Part shown: positions 27,835 to 38,268 of the stretch, piece after piece | Numbering within the stretch: position 1 is the stretch's first letter | How the letters are laid out: each line of letters opens with the position of its first letter | Assembly: GCA_964478425.1 (NCBI GenBank) | Contig: CAYZIB010000002.1 | Span: forward strand, 13,200 to 77,199 | Direction: 5' to 3' | Origin: an uncultured Anaeroplasmatales bacterium | Lineage (GTDB): Bacteria; Bacillota_I; Bacilli_A; Acholeplasmatales; WRBM01 | DNA length: 64,000 bases | Made by a program: the position numbers and the translations under genes | Notes under the pieces: model-generated | What the model was told of the DNA's origin: nothing | Seen by the model: only the letters and a program-made list of their open reading frames with translations | The model's database searches: none

Positions 27835-29598
27835 ATGATATACGGAAGACATGTAAATAAATATTATTTAAAATATTGGTATATGTTTTTAATTGGAATA
27901 GTTGCTTTAATATTAGTTGATTATTTTCAATTATTAATACCTGATATAATTGGAGATGTTGTTGATAATATCGATAATAAAACTATGACATTTGCTCTTT
28001 TAAAAGAATATATGTTGCAATTTTTAATTGTTGCTCTTGTGATGTTTGTTGGAAGATTTTTATGGAGAATAACTATTTTTGGAGTTGGTTTAAAAATCGA
28101 AACAGATTTAAGAGAAAAAATGTTTGATAAGTCATTATTATTATCTCAGAATTATTATTCTAATAATAAAACTGGAGCGATAATGGCCTTATATACTAAC
28201 GATTTACAAGCTATTAGACAAACATTTGGTATGGGAACAATAATGATTATAGATGTTTTATTTTTAGGAACATTTGCATTAGTTAAAATGATTAAATTAA
28301 ATTTATTATTATCAATTATTTCTGCTATTCCGATGCTTTTACTAGCATTAATGAGTGGTGTAATCGGTAAATATATGAATAAAAAGTATGAAGATAGACA
28401 AAAATCATATGAAAATTTATCAGATTTTTCCCAAGAAACATTTTCAGGGATTAATGTTATTAAAGCATTTATTTTAGAAGCAAAAGAATTAATTCAATAT
28501 AAAAAATTAAATAAAGATAATGCGTTAAAAAATATAACATATATTAAATTTGCTGTTATGCTTGATATATTAATTAGTTTAGTTATTAATAGTATATTTA
28601 TAATTATTGCATTATATGGAGGTTATTTGGTTTTTAAATCAATGCCTAATAATATTTTGTTAACTGCAGGAGAATTAACTAAATTTATTAGTTATTTTGA
28701 TACATTAATATGGCCGATGATGGCAATTGCTCAAGTTATTAATTTAAGAAGCCAAGGTAAAGCAAGTTTAAATAGAATTAATGAATTATTAAATGAAAAA
28801 ATAGATATAAGAGATATTAATACAAAATTATTAAATAATGTATCTGGAAAAATTACTTTTAATAATTTTAATTTTCAATATCCAGATACAAATATAGATG
28901 TATTAAAAAATATTACATTTACAATTAATCCTGGTGAAAAAGTTGGAATTATTGGTAAAACAGGAAGTGGTAAAACAACATTAGTAGATATTTTATTAAG
29001 AATATATAATGTTAATCAAAATGAAGTATTTATAGATGATATCGATATAATGAATATTTGTTATAAACAAGTAAGAGATATTGTTGCGTATGTTCCTCAA
29101 GATAACTTTTTATTTAGTGATACTATTAAAAATAATATTGGATTTTCTAAAAAAAATATTGATTTAGATGATGTAAAAAAATATGCTAAATACGCTTCTA
29201 TAAGTGATAATATAGAAGAATTTAAAGATCAATATGATACATTACTTGGTGAAAGAGGATCAACTATATCAGGAGGACAAAAACAAAGAATATCTATAGC
29301 AAGAGCTTTATATAAAGATGCACCTATTTTAATATTAGATGATTCAACAAGTGCTGTTGATACAAAAACAGAAGAAGAAATAATTAATAATTTAAATCAA
29401 ATTAGAAAAGATAAAACAACGATATTAATTGCACATAGAATATCTACTGTTAAAAGGTTAGATAAAATTATTGTAATTGATGATGGTAAAATTGCTGGAA
29501 TTGGTAATCATTTCGAATTATTAAGCAATTGTAAAATTTATAAAGATCTTGTTTTATTACAAAAATTAGAGGAGGAAGTAGATAATGAAGAAATATAA
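27835..29598 (+). CDS. ABC exporter, fused permease/ATPase, subunit 1 of a heterodimer
   Basis: 587 aa with a 6-TM domain. Walker A is GKTGSGKTT, the signature is ISGGQKQRISIARAL, and Walker B is ILILDDSTSAVD. Confidence 0.88.
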   Translation: MIYGRHVNKYYLKYWYMFLIGIVALILVDYFQLLIPDIIGDVVDNIDNKTMTFALLKEYMLQFLIVALVMFVGRFLWRITIFGVGLKIETDLREKMFDKSLLLSQNYYSNNKTGAIMALYTNDLQAIRQTFGMGTIMIIDVLFLGTFALVKMIKLNLLLSIISAIPMLLLALMSGVIGKYMNKKYEDRQKSYENLSDFSQETFSGINVIKAFILEAKELIQYKKLNKDNALKNITYIKFAVMLDILISLVINSIFIIIALYGGYLVFKSMPNNILLTAGELTKFISYFDTLIWPMMAIAQVINLRSQGKASLNRINELLNEKIDIRDINTKLLNNVSGKITFNNFNFQYPDTNIDVLKNITFTINPGEKVGIIGKTGSGKTTLVDILLRIYNVNQNEVFIDDIDIMNICYKQVRDIVAYVPQDNFLFSDTIKNNIGFSKKNIDLDDVKKYAKYASISDNIEEFKDQYDTLLGERGSTISGGQKQRISIARALYKDAPILILDDSTSAVDTKTEEEIINNLNQIRKDKTTILIAHRISTVKRLDKIIVIDDGKIAGIGNHFELLSNCKIYKDLVLLQKLEEEVDNEEI

Positions 29599-31336
29599 AG
29601 ATACTTATATTATTAAAAGATTATTTTCCTACCTTAAAGAATATAAAGCTAAACTTATTTTATGTTTAGTATATTTAATATTTTCTGTAATAGCTGATCT
29701 TGCTATTCCATATATTATGGGAGAAGTTATAAAGATACTTCAAAAAGATGTAATAATATATAGTAATATATGTTATTTATCATTATTTGCTTGCTTGGTT
29801 TTATCGCTTGCATTATTTTCTCAATACTTTTTGGCTATAAATTTACAAAAGATTGGTCAAGGGGTAATAATGAATCTAAGAAACGAAATATATTATAAAA
29901 TTTTATCTTTAAGTCATGAACAATTTAATATGATTCAAGTTGGTAAATTTGTAACAAGAGTAACAAGCGATCCTGAAGCAATTTTAAATTTATTTACTAA
30001 TGTTTTAACTAATTTAATTAAAAATATTTTTACTTTAATTGGGGTTATAATTGTTATGGGAATATTAAATAAAACATTATTATTATATGTTTTAATAACA
30101 TTTCCATTTATCTTAGGATTTAGCATTATTTTTAGATATTATTCAAGAAAAGCCTATAGAAAAGTAAGAAATAGCATTTCTAATATGAATGCATTTTTAT
30201 CTGAAAATTTAAGCGGTATGAAAATAATTCAAGTTTTTAATCAAGAAGAAAAAAAGAAAAATGAATTTAATCTTAAAAATAATGAGATGTTAAAAAATGG
30301 TTATAATGAAATATTAGTTTTTGGAATATTTAGGCCTGCAATTTATGTTTTATATTTAGTATCATTGGCTCTTGTAATTTATATTGGGTGTAAAGAAAAT
30401 TTAAGTGGTAATATTTATATTGATGCTAGTATGATTTTTACTTTTACACAATATGTTGGTAGATTTTTTAATCCAATACAACAATTAGCAGAACAATTTA
30501 ATGTTATTCAATCATCTTTTGCAGCAGCAGAAAGAATTTTTGAAGTTTTAGATACTAAACCTACAATAGTTGATGAAGAAGATGCAATTATATTAGATCA
30601 TATAAATGGAGATATTGAATTTAAAAATGTATATTTTAGTTATATTAAGGATGAATATGTTTTAAAAAATGTTTCATTTAAAGTTAATGCTAAGGAATCT
30701 ATTGCTTTTGTAGGAGCTACAGGTAGTGGTAAAACAACTATTTTAAGTTTAATAGTTCGTAATTATGATATTGATAGCGGAAGTATATTAATAGATGGTA
30801 TAGATATTAAAAAAATTAAAATTTCATGTTTAAGAAAACATTTCGGACAAATGTTGCAAGATGTATTTTTATTTAGTGGAACAATTAAATCAAATATTAG
30901 ATTAGAAGATGAAACAATAACTGATGAAAAAATAGTAGAAGCATGTAAGTATGTTCATGCTGATTCATTTATTTTAAAATTAGAAAATAAGTATGATGAA
31001 GTAGTTAAAGAAAGAGGAAATAATTTTTCTCAAGGACAAAGGCAGTTATTATCATTTGCAAGGACAGTAGCTCATAGTCCAAGTGTGATAATTCTGGATG
31101 AAGCAACAGCAAATATAGATACTGAAACAGAAAAACTTATTCAAGAAAGTTTAAGTAAAATGTTAAATATAGGAACAACATTAATTGTTGCACATAGATT
31201 ATCTACAATTCAACATTGTAATAAAATAATAGTTATGAAAAAAGGACATATTATTGAAATAGGTAATCATCAAGAACTATTAAAACAAAAAGGTCATTAT
31301 TATAATTTATATAAACTACAATATGAACAAAAATAG
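29585..31336 (+). CDS. ABC exporter, fused permease/ATPase, subunit 2 of a heterodimer
   Basis: 583 aa, overlapping the upstream gene by 14 nt. Walker A is GATGSGKTT, the signature is FSQGQRQLLSFART, and Walker B is IILDEATANID. Confidence 0.88.
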   Translation: MKKYKDTYIIKRLFSYLKEYKAKLILCLVYLIFSVIADLAIPYIMGEVIKILQKDVIIYSNICYLSLFACLVLSLALFSQYFLAINLQKIGQGVIMNLRNEIYYKILSLSHEQFNMIQVGKFVTRVTSDPEAILNLFTNVLTNLIKNIFTLIGVIIVMGILNKTLLLYVLITFPFILGFSIIFRYYSRKAYRKVRNSISNMNAFLSENLSGMKIIQVFNQEEKKKNEFNLKNNEMLKNGYNEILVFGIFRPAIYVLYLVSLALVIYIGCKENLSGNIYIDASMIFTFTQYVGRFFNPIQQLAEQFNVIQSSFAAAERIFEVLDTKPTIVDEEDAIILDHINGDIEFKNVYFSYIKDEYVLKNVSFKVNAKESIAFVGATGSGKTTILSLIVRNYDIDSGSILIDGIDIKKIKISCLRKHFGQMLQDVFLFSGTIKSNIRLEDETITDEKIVEACKYVHADSFILKLENKYDEVVKERGNNFSQGQRQLLSFARTVAHSPSVIILDEATANIDTETEKLIQESLSKMLNIGTTLIVAHRLSTIQHCNKIIVMKKGHIIEIGNHQELLKQKGHYYNLYKLQYEQK

Positions 31337-31360
31337 GAAATGAGTAATCATTTCCTTTTT
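31335..31360. terminator. Bidirectional terminator
   Basis: aggaaatga-gtaa-tcatttcct lies between convergent genes and overlaps the rqcH stop. Confidence 0.65.
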
Positions 31361-32946
31361 AAATTGTCTATTAAATTAAAATCAGGATCTATATATATAG
31401 ATTTATATTTTTGATATGTTACAAAACTGTTTGATTTACCTTTAACTTTTTTTAAATATTTTTTAAATGTATAATTTACCATAACAGAACTTGAATAGCG
31501 ATATTTAGAATAATATGCACAAATATTTGCAGCAGTTCTAATTGTTGTTTCATCTAATGTTTCATTTAGACTTTTAATTAAGATATGGCTTGAAGGACTA
31601 TTAGCAACATGCATCCATGTATCATTTGGTTTTGCTAAAGTATTTGTAATATAGTCATTTTGAATATTATTTTTCCCAACTAATATTTTTGTATTTTCAT
31701 CTAAAATATAAGTTATTATATTTGGGATATTCTTTTTACTACGCTTTTTTTCTTGCTTTTTTAAATAACCATAATTTCTTAATTCATCAGTTATTTCTTC
31801 TAAATCATTTAAACTTGCTATACTTAATTGATCTTTTAATATTTTAAAATAATTTATTTCATCTATTGCTTTTTCTATTTGTTCATTTATATATATAGTT
31901 GCTGTTTTCTTTTTTTTATATTTTTTATAATATAGTTGAGCATTTTCTTTTACTGTTAAACTATTATCTAAATTAATTATTATATCTTTATTTTGGTTAT
32001 ATGAAAAACAAGTTATTTTATTTAACTTTTCGTTTAATAAATTAAATTCAGTAAATAATAAATCCCCATATTCTTTATAAGTTTCACAATTTAATGCTTC
32101 GCTTAATTCTTGTTTTAATTTTATTAACTTCAACTCATTTTTTTCAATATTTCTTTTAATTAAATGATTAATATTATTTTGTTTTTGACTTGATTTTATT
32201 TTAAATTCATTTATTTCATAAAAAAAGTCTAACATTTCTGATAAGTTTAAAAATGTTTTATATGGAATATAAGAAGGAAATAAAGTAAAATAGAAAAAAT
32301 ATTTTGTATCCAATTTATAGATTACAGGTTTTACATTATTTTTTAAATTATCTAAAAAAGATATATCTGTTTGAATTTCTTTTTTTGCTTCTTTTGATAA
32401 TCCTTGAATATTATTTATATCAGAAATTTGATTTTTAAAAGGATTAATTTGATTTTGAATTGGTGGAGTATATGTTTTATTTATTGTAATTATTCTATCA
32501 TTATTTTCAATATTAAATATATATTTATAAGCCTGAATAATTTTATTATTTACTGTTAAAATTAAATTATTATATCTACCCATTAATTCAATAATTAATT
32601 CTTTATTTACGATATCTTTTAATTCATTAATTGTTGAAATTTCAAATTTTAAGATTCTATCATTATCTATTTGAGTAACATTTTTAATAGTTGAACCTTC
32701 TAAATGTTTTCTTAAAAACATTGTAAGATTTGAGGGATTAAATGGTTTATCATATGTTTTATAAGTTAATTGTACTCTGTATTGTTCTGGATTAAGAGAA
32801 ATTAATAGTTGATAATTATTTTTTTGATTTCTAATTTGAAAAATAAAATCATATTCAGTAATTTGATATATTTTATTTATTTTCCCATTTATTAAAACAT
32901 TAAGTTCATTTACCATATGGTGCATGAAAAAACCGTCAAAACTCAT
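31348..32946 (-). CDS. rqcH: Ribosome quality control protein RqcH (NFACT family; FbpA-like)
   Basis: MSFDGFFMHHMVNEL is an NFACT-N start. A coiled-coil middle and a C-terminal NFACT-R block (DTWMHVANSPSSHILIK) follow. The second ATG (32946) has a GGAG RBS, so I prefer it to the track start at 32967. Confidence 0.85.
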   Translation of the reverse strand: MSFDGFFMHHMVNELNVLINGKINKIYQITEYDFIFQIRNQKNNYQLLISLNPEQYRVQLTYKTYDKPFNPSNLTMFLRKHLEGSTIKNVTQIDNDRILKFEISTINELKDIVNKELIIELMGRYNNLILTVNNKIIQAYKYIFNIENNDRIITINKTYTPPIQNQINPFKNQISDINNIQGLSKEAKKEIQTDISFLDNLKNNVKPVIYKLDTKYFFYFTLFPSYIPYKTFLNLSEMLDFFYEINEFKIKSSQKQNNINHLIKRNIEKNELKLIKLKQELSEALNCETYKEYGDLLFTEFNLLNEKLNKITCFSYNQNKDIIINLDNSLTVKENAQLYYKKYKKKKTATIYINEQIEKAIDEINYFKILKDQLSIASLNDLEEITDELRNYGYLKKQEKKRSKKNIPNIITYILDENTKILVGKNNIQNDYITNTLAKPNDTWMHVANSPSSHILIKSLNETLDETTIRTAANICAYYSKYRYSSSVMVNYTFKKYLKKVKGKSNSFVTYQKYKSIYIDPDFNLIDNLKRK

Positions 32947-33067
32947 AAAATCATCTCCATCAATCATTTTATCATAAAAAATAAATTTTTTTAAAAAAAT
33001 GATAAAAAACTTGTAATAAATTAAAAAAAAATATATAATATATATTATTATAAAGGAGGCGTTCTAA

Positions 33068-33688
33068 TTGAAATTAAATGAGCGTGGACTTTTAATTGTT
33101 TTATCTGGCCCTTCTGGCGTTGGGAAAGGAACAGTTAGAAAAGCTTTATTTGAAAAAAAAGAGCAAGATTTAACCTATTCAATATCAATGACTACAAGAA
33201 GTCCAAGACCAGGGGAATGTGATGGGGTTGATTATTTTTTTGTTTCTAGAGAAGAATTTGAAGAAAGAATCAATGAAAAAAAATTTTTAGAATGGAGTGA
33301 ATTTGTTGGTAATTTATATGGCACTCCACTTGATAAAGTTGAAGAACAGTTACAAAAAGGAAAAGAAGTTGTATTAGAAATAGAAGTTAATGGGGCACTT
33401 CAAGTAAGAGAAAAATGTCCTAATGCTGTTTTTATTTTTATTGCTCCACCTTCAAGAAAAGCGTTAATCGAAAGATTAAAAAGCAGAGGTTCAGAAGATG
33501 AAGAAGTTATTAAACGTAGAATGGAAAAAGCTGAAAGAGAATTCATATTAGCACATAAATATGATTATATTGTTATAAATGATGAAGTTACAAATGCTGC
33601 TGATAGAATCCTTGCAATTATAAGAGCAGAACATGCTAAAACAGAAAGATCAATTTATAAATATAATAAAATGTTGGAGGTTGAATAA
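33068..33688 (+). CDS. gmk: Guanylate kinase
   Basis: 206 aa with a TTG start. The GPSGVGKGT P-loop and the SMTTRSPRPGE and DYFFVS motifs are present. Confidence 0.93.
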   Translation: MKLNERGLLIVLSGPSGVGKGTVRKALFEKKEQDLTYSISMTTRSPRPGECDGVDYFFVSREEFEERINEKKFLEWSEFVGNLYGTPLDKVEEQLQKGKEVVLEIEVNGALQVREKCPNAVFIFIAPPSRKALIERLKSRGSEDEEVIKRRMEKAEREFILAHKYDYIVINDEVTNAADRILAIIRAEHAKTERSIYKYNKMLEVE

Positions 33689-33900
33689 TGAAAAAGAATA
33701 CTGAAGGAATGAGATATCCATCAATTGACAAATTACTTACTAAAATCGATTCTAAATATAAATTAGCTTATGCTGCAAGTAAAAGAGCAAAAATTATTGA
33801 AGAAAAAAATGATTTATCTATTGAATGTCGTTGTGTTAAACCTGTAGGGCAAGCATTAGAAGAAATTTTAGAAGAAAAAATTAAAATTGAATTTAAATAA
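33688..33900 (+). CDS. rpoZ: DNA-directed RNA polymerase subunit omega
   Basis: 70 aa, immediately downstream of gmk (conserved synteny), with a KYKLAYAASKRAKII core. Confidence 0.85.
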   Translation: MKKNTEGMRYPSIDKLLTKIDSKYKLAYAASKRAKIIEEKNDLSIECRCVKPVGQALEEILEEKIKIEFK

Positions 33901-33927
33901 AAGTTCAATTTTTTTTATATATTATAT

Positions 33928-35676
33928 ATGTTAAAAGAAAAATTAAAGATAATTCCAGAAGAACCTGGATGTTATTTAATGAAAGATATTGATGGAAAAA
34001 TTATTTATGTTGGGAAAGCAAAAAATTTAAAAAGGAGAGTTAATAGTTATTTCATAGGAAGTCATAATAGTAAAACAACTAGTCTTGTTTCAAATATATG
34101 TGATTTTGAATTTATAATTACATCAAGTGAACTTGAATCGTTAATTTTAGAAATGAATTTAATAAAAAAACATACTCCTAAATATAATATTAAATTAATG
34201 GATGATAAAACATATCCATATATTGCTATAACTGATGAATTAAATCCAAAACTTGTTGTTACAAGAAAAAAAACAGGTAAATACATTTATGGACCATATC
34301 CTGATACTAAAGCAGCAAGAAGTACAATTGATTTATTAAATAAATTATATCCATTAAGAAAATGTCATACTATTCCTAAAAAAGAGTGCCTATATTATCA
34401 TTTAAATCAATGTTTAGCTCCCTGTATTAATAAAAATAAAATTAATTATAATGAATATATATATAAAATCAATAAATTTTTAAAAGGTGATACAAAAGAA
34501 GTTTTAGACGATTTAGAAAATAAAATGTATGAAAAATCCAGCGAATTAAAATTTGAAGAAGCTAATGAATTTAAAAATATGATTTTAAGTATTAATAAAA
34601 CAGTTGAAAAACAAAAAATATCACAAAATGATAAAGTAGATAGGGATATTTTAGGATTTTATTATGATCAAGATGATATAAGTATTCAAATATTTTTTGT
34701 TCGAAATGGAAGTATTAATTTAACACATAAAGATGTAATATCTTATGTAAATGATCCGATTGATGCAGTATTTAATTATATAATTCAAATTTATAAAGAT
34801 GATTATATATTTAAAAGACCAAATGAATTAGTTGTTGATCATATGGATAATGATTTATTAAAAAATATTTTAAATATTAATGTTTTTACACCTAAAAAAG
34901 GAGATAAGAAAAAACTTTTAGATTTAGCATTTTTAAATGCAAAAACAAATTTAGAGCAAAAACGTGAATTAATAAGAAATAAAGAAGAAAAAAATAAAAG
35001 TCAATTAGAGTCATTAGAAGAAGTTTTAAATAAAAAAAATATTAAAAGAATTGAAGCTTTTGATAATTCTAATATATTTGGAACAAATGCAGTTAGTGGA
35101 ATGGTTGTATATAAAGATGGTAAAAAATCTTATAAAGATTATAGAAAATTTATTATAAAATCTGTTAATGGTCCAGATGATTATAAATCAATGGAAGAAG
35201 TAATCTATAGAAGATATTATAGAGTTTTAATGGAAAATTTAGAAAAACCTGATCTAATTATAATAGATGGTGGTATTGGGCAAGTTAATGCAGCAAAAAA
35301 AGTATTAGATGAACTTTATTTAGATATTTTAATTATTGGTTTAAAGAAAAATGATTTCCATAAAACAGAGACAATAGTTTTAAGTAATGGAATAGAAATC
35401 CCATTATCTAGTAAAATGCCATGTTATACTTTATTAGCTAATATTCAAGAAGAAGTACATAGATATGCTATAAGTTTTCATCGTAGTAAAAGGGATAAAA
35501 CAATTTATTCATCAATTTTTGATGATATAAAAGGAATAGGACCTAAAAGAAAAAATATGATATTAAAAAAATTTAAATCATTAGAAGAAATAAAAAATGC
35601 AAGCTATGAAGATTTTAAAGAAATTAATATATCTTTAGATTTATTTAATAAGATAAAAGAACATTTAGAATATTAA
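33928..35676 (+). CDS. uvrC: Excinuclease ABC subunit C
   Basis: 582 aa with a GIY-YIG N-terminus (GCYLMKD..IYVGKAKNLKRRV), a UVR domain, an endonuclease V-like domain and a C-terminal (HhH)2. Confidence 0.93.
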   Translation: MLKEKLKIIPEEPGCYLMKDIDGKIIYVGKAKNLKRRVNSYFIGSHNSKTTSLVSNICDFEFIITSSELESLILEMNLIKKHTPKYNIKLMDDKTYPYIAITDELNPKLVVTRKKTGKYIYGPYPDTKAARSTIDLLNKLYPLRKCHTIPKKECLYYHLNQCLAPCINKNKINYNEYIYKINKFLKGDTKEVLDDLENKMYEKSSELKFEEANEFKNMILSINKTVEKQKISQNDKVDRDILGFYYDQDDISIQIFFVRNGSINLTHKDVISYVNDPIDAVFNYIIQIYKDDYIFKRPNELVVDHMDNDLLKNILNINVFTPKKGDKKKLLDLAFLNAKTNLEQKRELIRNKEEKNKSQLESLEEVLNKKNIKRIEAFDNSNIFGTNAVSGMVVYKDGKKSYKDYRKFIIKSVNGPDDYKSMEEVIYRRYYRVLMENLEKPDLIIIDGGIGQVNAAKKVLDELYLDILIIGLKKNDFHKTETIVLSNGIEIPLSSKMPCYTLLANIQEEVHRYAISFHRSKRDKTIYSSIFDDIKGIGPKRKNMILKKFKSLEEIKNASYEDFKEINISLDLFNKIKEHLEY

Positions 35677-35704
35677 AGCATAAATATAAATTGAGGGGGA
35701 GATT

Positions 35705-35905
35705 ATGAATTTACTTACTCCAAGAGAAAAAGAAATATTTGATTTATTAATAAAAAATAAGTCTACAAAAGATATTTCTTTAATGCTTAATATAAGTGAA
35801 AAAACAGTTAGAAATCATATTTCAAATGTAATTCAAAAAATAGATGTTAAAGGAAGAACTCAAGCTATTTTTAAATTGGTTAAATTAAATGAATTACAAT
35901 TATAA
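35705..35905 (+). CDS. Stand-alone LuxR/GerE-type helix-turn-helix regulator
   Basis: 66 aa. LTPREKEIFDLL..STKDISLMLNISEKTVRNHISNVIQKI is a complete GerE-like HTH with no receiver or sensor domain. Confidence 0.8.
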   Translation: MNLLTPREKEIFDLLIKNKSTKDISLMLNISEKTVRNHISNVIQKIDVKGRTQAIFKLVKLNELQL

Positions 35906-35910
35906 ATAAT

Positions 35911-35947
35911 AGAAATTTTAAAACTTTGTTTTAGAATTTCTTTTTTT
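35911..35947 (+). terminator. Intrinsic terminator
   Basis: agaaattttaaaac-ttt-gttttagaatttct forms a 14-bp stem followed by T7. Confidence 0.7.
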
Positions 35948-36008
35948 AAAATCTTATTCTTGTAGATTTTTTTACTAAAATATGATATAAGATAGTGAGG
36001 TGTTTTTT

Positions 36009-36872
36009 ATGCGCTATGTTGGCATAATTCATAATTCATATTTAAAATATGATAGATATATTAGTGTAAAAATAAAAAATAAAGTTGTATATTTATATTT
36101 ACAAAACAACTTATTAAAAAAATTTAAAAAATATTTATATAAAGGTAGATTTGTTAGTTTTGAATATGATTTAGATAACTATAAAATTATAAATAAAAGA
36201 AAATGTTATTTGATTAATTATTTTATTTATATTAGACAAACTAAAAGATATAATAACGATATATATTATGATATAGAAATAATACGAGATGGAATAAAAA
36301 ATTTAATTTCTAATTTAGATAATAAAATGTTTTTAGATTTAGAAATGAGTATGTCTGATTATGATATGCCTAATAATTTTACACCAGAGTTATTACAAGC
36401 AGGCTTTATTATTATTGACAAAAATAATAAAATTGTAGAAAAAAAGACATATCGAGTTAAGCCAACAAAATTTCCGTTATCAAGGAGAACTAAAAATTTT
36501 TTAAATTTATGGGATAAAGATCAAAGTGATTGGGTTAGTTATAAAACATTTTATAGTGAATTTAAAAAAATTATTTTAAAATATAATCCATCTATTCTTG
36601 TATGGGGTAAAAACGATTCGTTATTTTTAAAACAATCATATGAGTTAAATAAGGTCGAATCATTAGAAAAATATTGTAATTTTATAAATTTATTACAATT
36701 AGTAAAAAATTATTTTAATTTAAAAAATGAAATTGGTTTATTTAAAGCATTAAATTTTTTTACAAATCAATCTATTGCAAAACAAATGCATGATGCATTA
36801 GAAGATGCAATTGTAACATATAAAGTATTTGAAGGATTTAAAGATGTAATATTTTCTAATAAGATAAATTAA
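36009..36872 (+). CDS. DEDDh 3'-5' exonuclease (KapD/ERI-1-like) with a ~100-aa N-terminal extension
   Basis: The motifs are Exo I FLDLEMS, Exo II (WGKNDSLFL region) and Exo III HDALEDA. ATG 36009 follows the AGTGAGG RBS. Confidence 0.7.
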   Translation: MRYVGIIHNSYLKYDRYISVKIKNKVVYLYLQNNLLKKFKKYLYKGRFVSFEYDLDNYKIINKRKCYLINYFIYIRQTKRYNNDIYYDIEIIRDGIKNLISNLDNKMFLDLEMSMSDYDMPNNFTPELLQAGFIIIDKNNKIVEKKTYRVKPTKFPLSRRTKNFLNLWDKDQSDWVSYKTFYSEFKKIILKYNPSILVWGKNDSLFLKQSYELNKVESLEKYCNFINLLQLVKNYFNLKNEIGLFKALNFFTNQSIAKQMHDALEDAIVTYKVFEGFKDVIFSNKIN

Positions 36873-36905
36873 AAAAAATTCAATTTAATTATTGAATTTT
36901 TTTTT
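36871..36905. terminator. Bidirectional terminator
   Basis: aaattcaat-ttaatt-attgaattt, flanked by an A-run and a T-run. Confidence 0.6.
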
Positions 36906-38150
36906 AAAAATATTAGTTAATGCATTCATAATACTTAATTTACCATATTCATAAGTAAGTCCACCTTGCATATATAATATATAAGGTTCAATAACAGGAG
37001 CATCAGCACTTAATTCAATTGTGCTTCCTTCTGTAAAACATCCAGCAGCCATTATAATATCACATGGGTAACCAGGCATTGGTGAAGGCATAATATATGC
37101 GCTTGAATCAACAGGAGAAGAAGCTTGAATACTTCTTGCAAAGGATAAGAGATTTTCTTTAGTTTTTAGTTCAATTATTTGGATTATATCTGTTCTATAT
37201 TCATTATATTTTGGAGATATATTTGTAAAACCCATTTTTTCAAGCATATATGAAGCAAATATTTGAGTTTTTAATGCGTTTTTCACGGCGTTTGGTGCCA
37301 TAAATATTCCTTTGAAAAAATTTATGTTTTGATTAAAATTTGCTCCTAATTCTTTTCCTATTCCAGGAGAAGTTAATCTTTCAGAAATCATTTCGATATA
37401 TTCGGTTTTACCTGCAATATAACCACCAGTACTTGCAATTCCACCACCAAGATTTTTCATTAAAGAACCAACCACAACATCTGCCCCAACATTTCCTGGC
37501 TCTTTAGATTCGACTAATTCACCATAACAATTATCTACAAGGATAATTACATTTTTATCTATTTTTCTTATTTCAAAAATAACTTCTTCAATTTGTTTTA
37601 TTGTTAAAGATTTTCTTTTTGAGTAACCTCTTGAGCGTTGGATTGCGATTAACTTAATTTGTTCGGTTTTTAATTTATTTTTAATTTTTTCTATATCAAA
37701 TCCTGTTTCTAATAAATCTATTTGATCATATTTTACACCATTTGCGACTAATGATTGGGTTGAAGAACCAATAATACCAATCATTTTTAATAATGAATCG
37801 TAAGGTTTACCAGAGATAGAAAGCATTTTATCTCCATGTTTTAATAATGCAGAAAATGCTAAATATAAGGCATTTGTTCCACTCATTATTTGACTTCTTA
37901 CAAGAGCATCTTCAGTTCCTAAAACTTTAGCAAATATTTTTTCTAGTTTTTCTCTTCCTGAATCATAATTACCATAACCATTTCTATCTGTAAAATCAGC
38001 ATATTCTACTTTATTTTCGATAAATGCAGATAGTATTTTATTAGAATTTATTAATGCAATATCATCAATTTTATTAAAAATTTCTTTTAATTCAGTTTCT
38101 GCTTGATTACTTAAGTTTAATACTTTTTCATCTATATTATTTAAAATCAT
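36885..38150 (-). CDS. PLP-dependent Cys/Met-metabolism-fold enzyme, YnbB ('aluminium resistance') family
   Basis: 421 aa with colinear resemblance to YnbB-type proteins (N-terminal helical segment, SGTNAL, GSLMKNLGGG blocks). Confidence 0.7.
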   Translation of the reverse strand: MILNNIDEKVLNLSNQAETELKEIFNKIDDIALINSNKILSAFIENKVEYADFTDRNGYGNYDSGREKLEKIFAKVLGTEDALVRSQIMSGTNALYLAFSALLKHGDKMLSISGKPYDSLLKMIGIIGSSTQSLVANGVKYDQIDLLETGFDIEKIKNKLKTEQIKLIAIQRSRGYSKRKSLTIKQIEEVIFEIRKIDKNVIILVDNCYGELVESKEPGNVGADVVVGSLMKNLGGGIASTGGYIAGKTEYIEMISERLTSPGIGKELGANFNQNINFFKGIFMAPNAVKNALKTQIFASYMLEKMGFTNISPKYNEYRTDIIQIIELKTKENLLSFARSIQASSPVDSSAYIMPSPMPGYPCDIIMAAGCFTEGSTIELSADAPVIEPYILYMQGGLTYEYGKLSIMNALTNIFKKKFNN

Positions 38151-38268
38151 ATTATCACCAGTTATATTTTAACATAGTTTTTAATTAATTAATATAAAAA
38201 GTTATTAAAAAAACTTGATTTGAATATTAAAATGAGATAAGATAAAAATATCTTTTTGGAGGTTAATT

